A DNA stretch of 64,000 nt from Lama guanicoe. Its lineage: Eukaryota. The stretch is from assembly GCA_013239625.1 (NCBI GenBank), contig MU053934.1:1023285-1087284 (forward strand), in the 5' to 3' direction. Below, piece by piece: positions 61,080-64,000 of this stretch; within the stretch, counting starts at the first letter, position 1; each line of letters starts with the position of its first letter. The translations under genes were made by a program, and so were the position numbers. The notes below the pieces were generated by a model. The model was not told where the DNA came from and searched no databases. It worked only from the letters and a program-made list of their open reading frames with translations.

Positions 61080-63330
61080 CTTTTTAAATGTCATTTTAAT
61101 TTCTGTTAAGGATATACCTGAATAATATATGAGAAGTCAAATAGCTCCATAAGACTTATAACAAACAGCAATTCCTTGCCTCTGCGCTGCCCCTGCTTCC
61201 AACCTCATCTTTCCCGTTCCCCAGAGGCAAGCATTTTCAAATCCTCTTGTTGTGTTTTTTTCCAGGATAAAATTTCCTATATCAAAATAATACATCTATA
61301 TTGCAAAATCTTAGCCTCCCAGTTTTGGTCATCATATACGGACTCCCCACTATTAGAAGATGAGAATTTACCCCATGATTGTGTAACCGCATTCACAGCA
61401 GAGTCAGGCAGTGTACTCTGACTTTATTTCCTTTCTTGCTTCATGGCCAACCTCATCCCCACCTTGGGGTTCACAACTTATTTCTCAACCAGTTACATCA
61501 TTTCCTGTGTCCTGATCACACATCTCCAAACTTTGATCACACACGTGTCTCCCTTTAATACGCGGAAACACCATATCAACCTCATCTTCTCAGAGACATC
61601 TCTCCTGCACCTGCTGCCCTCTTGCTTCAGTCTCAGAGGCCACCCCATTCTTGGGAGTCAGCTTTGCCTCTCTCCTGTGTTTTCATCTGTTTTTTAGCTC
61701 CCATCCTCTCTGTTTCTTGTCTCACTTCTTTATTTTGGTAGAGCCCTTCCCCAGTAGCTTCCTGAGAAAACCTGCAGAGGAGGTGAATCTTTAGAAGTCT
61801 GCATATCTAAGAATTTATATGCTCATACTTAATTGATTCTTTTGGTTGAGTATAGACCTGAAGGTTGTTCAACATTGGTATAATCCCTTCAGAATTATAA
61901 AAGGATGCTTTCTCTATTACCTTTTTTTTTATTTGCTCTTGTTATGCAATCTGATGCCATGCTGATACTTGATCTTTTAATTATGACTTATATTTTTTCT
62001 CCTCTAGAAACTTTAAGGACCTTCTCTTGAGTTCTGAAATTCCATGGTGTTAGTCTTTTTCATCCATTAAGCTGGATATCTGGGGACTTTTTGGTCTAGA
62101 AACTTATACCCTGAGGTTCTGGAAACATTCTTTTTTGTTTTTTAAGATAATTTCCCCCTCGCTTGTCTGTATCTTCTCTCCCTAGAATTTCTACTATTCT
62201 GCCTTTCTGTATTTTTATCTCTATTCTGAGATGTTTACTCGCATTGATCTTTCATACTTGCTATTGAGTTTTTCATTTCTACTATCATAGTTTTAATTTT
62301 GAACAGTTCTTTTTTGTTCTCTGAATGTTCCTTTTTATAGCATCTTGCTTTTCTTACATGAATGCAGTATCTTTCCTTATCTGCCTGAGCATTTAAATTG
62401 TCTTTGTTGTTTTGTTCTGCAAGAGTCTCTATTCTCTCCAAGTTACTGTTTTCTTTTTCATTTCTTTCTTTCCTATCTGTTCTTTCCTTTTATGTCTCTG
62501 TCTCTAGAAGCTTTCCTCAAATATCTGGTGATACTTGGCTGTCTATTCACATGACCGGCATTAACAAACTGATTGGAAGCCCTGTATGGGTGGGGTACTT
62601 CCTGGGGAGCTTTACTATGAGGTAAACCACTTGACCATCTGTTATGAGACCCTCTACAGTCAGAATTGCTACAATAAAATAAAATGGAGACAGGGCTTGA
62701 AAATCCCCCAAAACAGGCAAAATCACTTAAGTAACATAAGCAGAACTAAATCCAGCCTATTTCATGAACAGAAGCTAAACCTAATTTAGGGTATTTCCTA
62801 TAAATGCCTCTGATAATCGTAAACAAAACTGAAGTCATCTTCCTAAAATGGTACAAGATCATCACTTTTAGCCACTCACCCACCATCTAGAAACCCCCCA
62901 TGGTAATAACGCGTCATTATAAACGTTAAACCGCTTCCTTATTTTCAATTTCTAATCAGCTGTTTTCTCTCATTATCTCTAAGTGGAAAACCAGGCTGCT
63001 GCCAGGGTGGGGCAGTGGGTGGGGGCTAACTCCTCCGGCAGACTGTCAGTCACGCCTCTACCTGCAGCCCCGCATTCGCCTCCGTATTTGCTTGGACCTG
63101 ACGCCAGTTCTGAGCCTTCCTGAGGCACTGCAATTGCTTTCACCACTGCTTCAGTTTAGTTTTCTTGGGTTCGTTTAGCTCCCAGCTCCCCAAAAGTGTC
63201 ATCCATTTCTATAATCTTTGTCTTTATGGGTTTAAATTTTAAAACAAAAATCCAACTGTCAATTGAATGCAGCATTGGAGGGAGCAGAAGTAAACATACA
63301 TGTTCAGTGAACCAGCTTTACTCAGATCCC
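61080..63330 (-). mobile_element. HAL1-like (half-L1, ORF1-only) element, apparently near full length
   Basis: 3' end aagtcaaatagctccataagacttataa...ccccagaggcaagcattttcaaatcc; ORF1-end text cagtagcttcctgagaaa...cttaattgattctttggttgagtataga; 5' terminus ggagggagcagaagtaaacatacatgttca. No ORF2-like sequence in between. Confidence 0.6.
62650..62950 (+). mobile_element. Probable ERV1-type LTR fragment nested in the HAL1-like element
   Basis: Composition switches to A-rich text (aaaatggagacagggcttgaaaatccc...tatttcctataaatgcct) resembling old ERV1 LTR U3. Family unresolved. Confidence 0.35.
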
Positions 63331-63789
63331 TTGTGAAGGTGGGAATCTTAAACCGTGTGAGTGGCGGAGACCCAGAGATGCGCCTGCTCACTCAGCTGCT
63401 GGAGGCTGGGGAGGACAGCCCACAGATAACCCACCTCCGGCAGAGACAAGTCACTCCCTATGGGAAAATCAATCCATAATCATCTTTTTTCTTATTTAGG
63501 TTCCAAAGGGACACACATTTCTTCTTGATACAAACAGAATGGGAAAGGAAGCATGCCTGCAAAGAAAGGAGCATTAAGGAGGAGGTTGCAAACACTACAC
63601 GCTTTTCTCCCATGTGGCAAAGGAACGGTGCTTCTCTGAAATGGGCAGCCGGACCTGGGTGCCCTGCTTAAAAATAATGGATAATAGCCATAGTCTCTGT
63701 GTCTTGTCCAAAATCCAGAAAGAGTAAAAATTAAAACCAGATCAGTAAAATAGTATTTATTTACATTTAGAGTGTATTTGTGTTTATTG

Positions 63790-64000
63790 TGTAATTATTA
63801 GAGTTAATTATTTCATTTATTATTACTAGAGTTTATTGTGCATGAACGAATAGCTCACAACCTGGAAGAATTCAAACCCAAAACTGGTATGAGGCTCTGA
63901 GGCATGATGTCACAAGATGGCTTATAAAGTGAAAATGAGGAAAGTTGTTTTAATAAACAAACTTCACAGTGACTGGTTATTACAGTGGGGTTTCCAGACA
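63790..64000 (-). mobile_element. Possible LTR fragment running off the window end
   Basis: agagtttattgtgc...ctcacaacctggaagaattcaaaccc resembles antisense U5 ends of ERV LTRs. Confidence 0.3.

Noticed and set aside
63481..63660. Strong-looking splice acceptor (tcttttttcttatttAG at 63499)
   Set aside because: No good donor or recognisable coding frame downstream; isolated acceptor-like sites are common.
1..64000. CRISPR arrays, operons, tRNA/rRNA genes, CpG-island promoter
   Set aside because: The sequence is mammalian; I saw no regularly spaced repeats, structured RNA gene signatures or CpG island.

Overview
This is eutherian mammal genomic DNA: CpG-depleted and full of MIR, L2, L3/CR1, old L1M, MLT1/ERVL LTR and hAT/Tigger fossils. 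Two short, young L1 3' ends resemble camelid L1 tails, and I saw no Alu, B1/B2, BovA/BovB, PRE1 or Can-SINE, so a camelid (alpaca/camel) source is my tentative guess. I found no credible protein-coding exon, tRNA, rRNA or CpG island. The listed ORFs look like chance ORFs in repeats or non-coding DNA, so the window is most likely intergenic or deep intronic. There is a 264-N assembly gap (42251-42514) flanked by an artefactual ~234 bp duplication. Structural oddities not explained by ordinary transposon insertions: (1) a 94-bp, 91/94-identical inverted duplication (10208-10301 / 10741-10834) whose arms each carry an 18-bp perfect palindrome; (2) an old ~122-bp dispersed duplication (56557-56678 / 63255-63377) that copies a LINE-end/flank junction and truncates an LTR; (3) an L1 with both termini and a candidate TSD but no ORF2, nested in an older L1; (4) several short perfect palindromes and motif-dense unique islands that may be enhancers. 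I cannot support a claim of a new multi-gene biological system here. Repeat family names come from recalled consensus similarity, not a database search, and most repeat boundaries are approximate (tens of bp).
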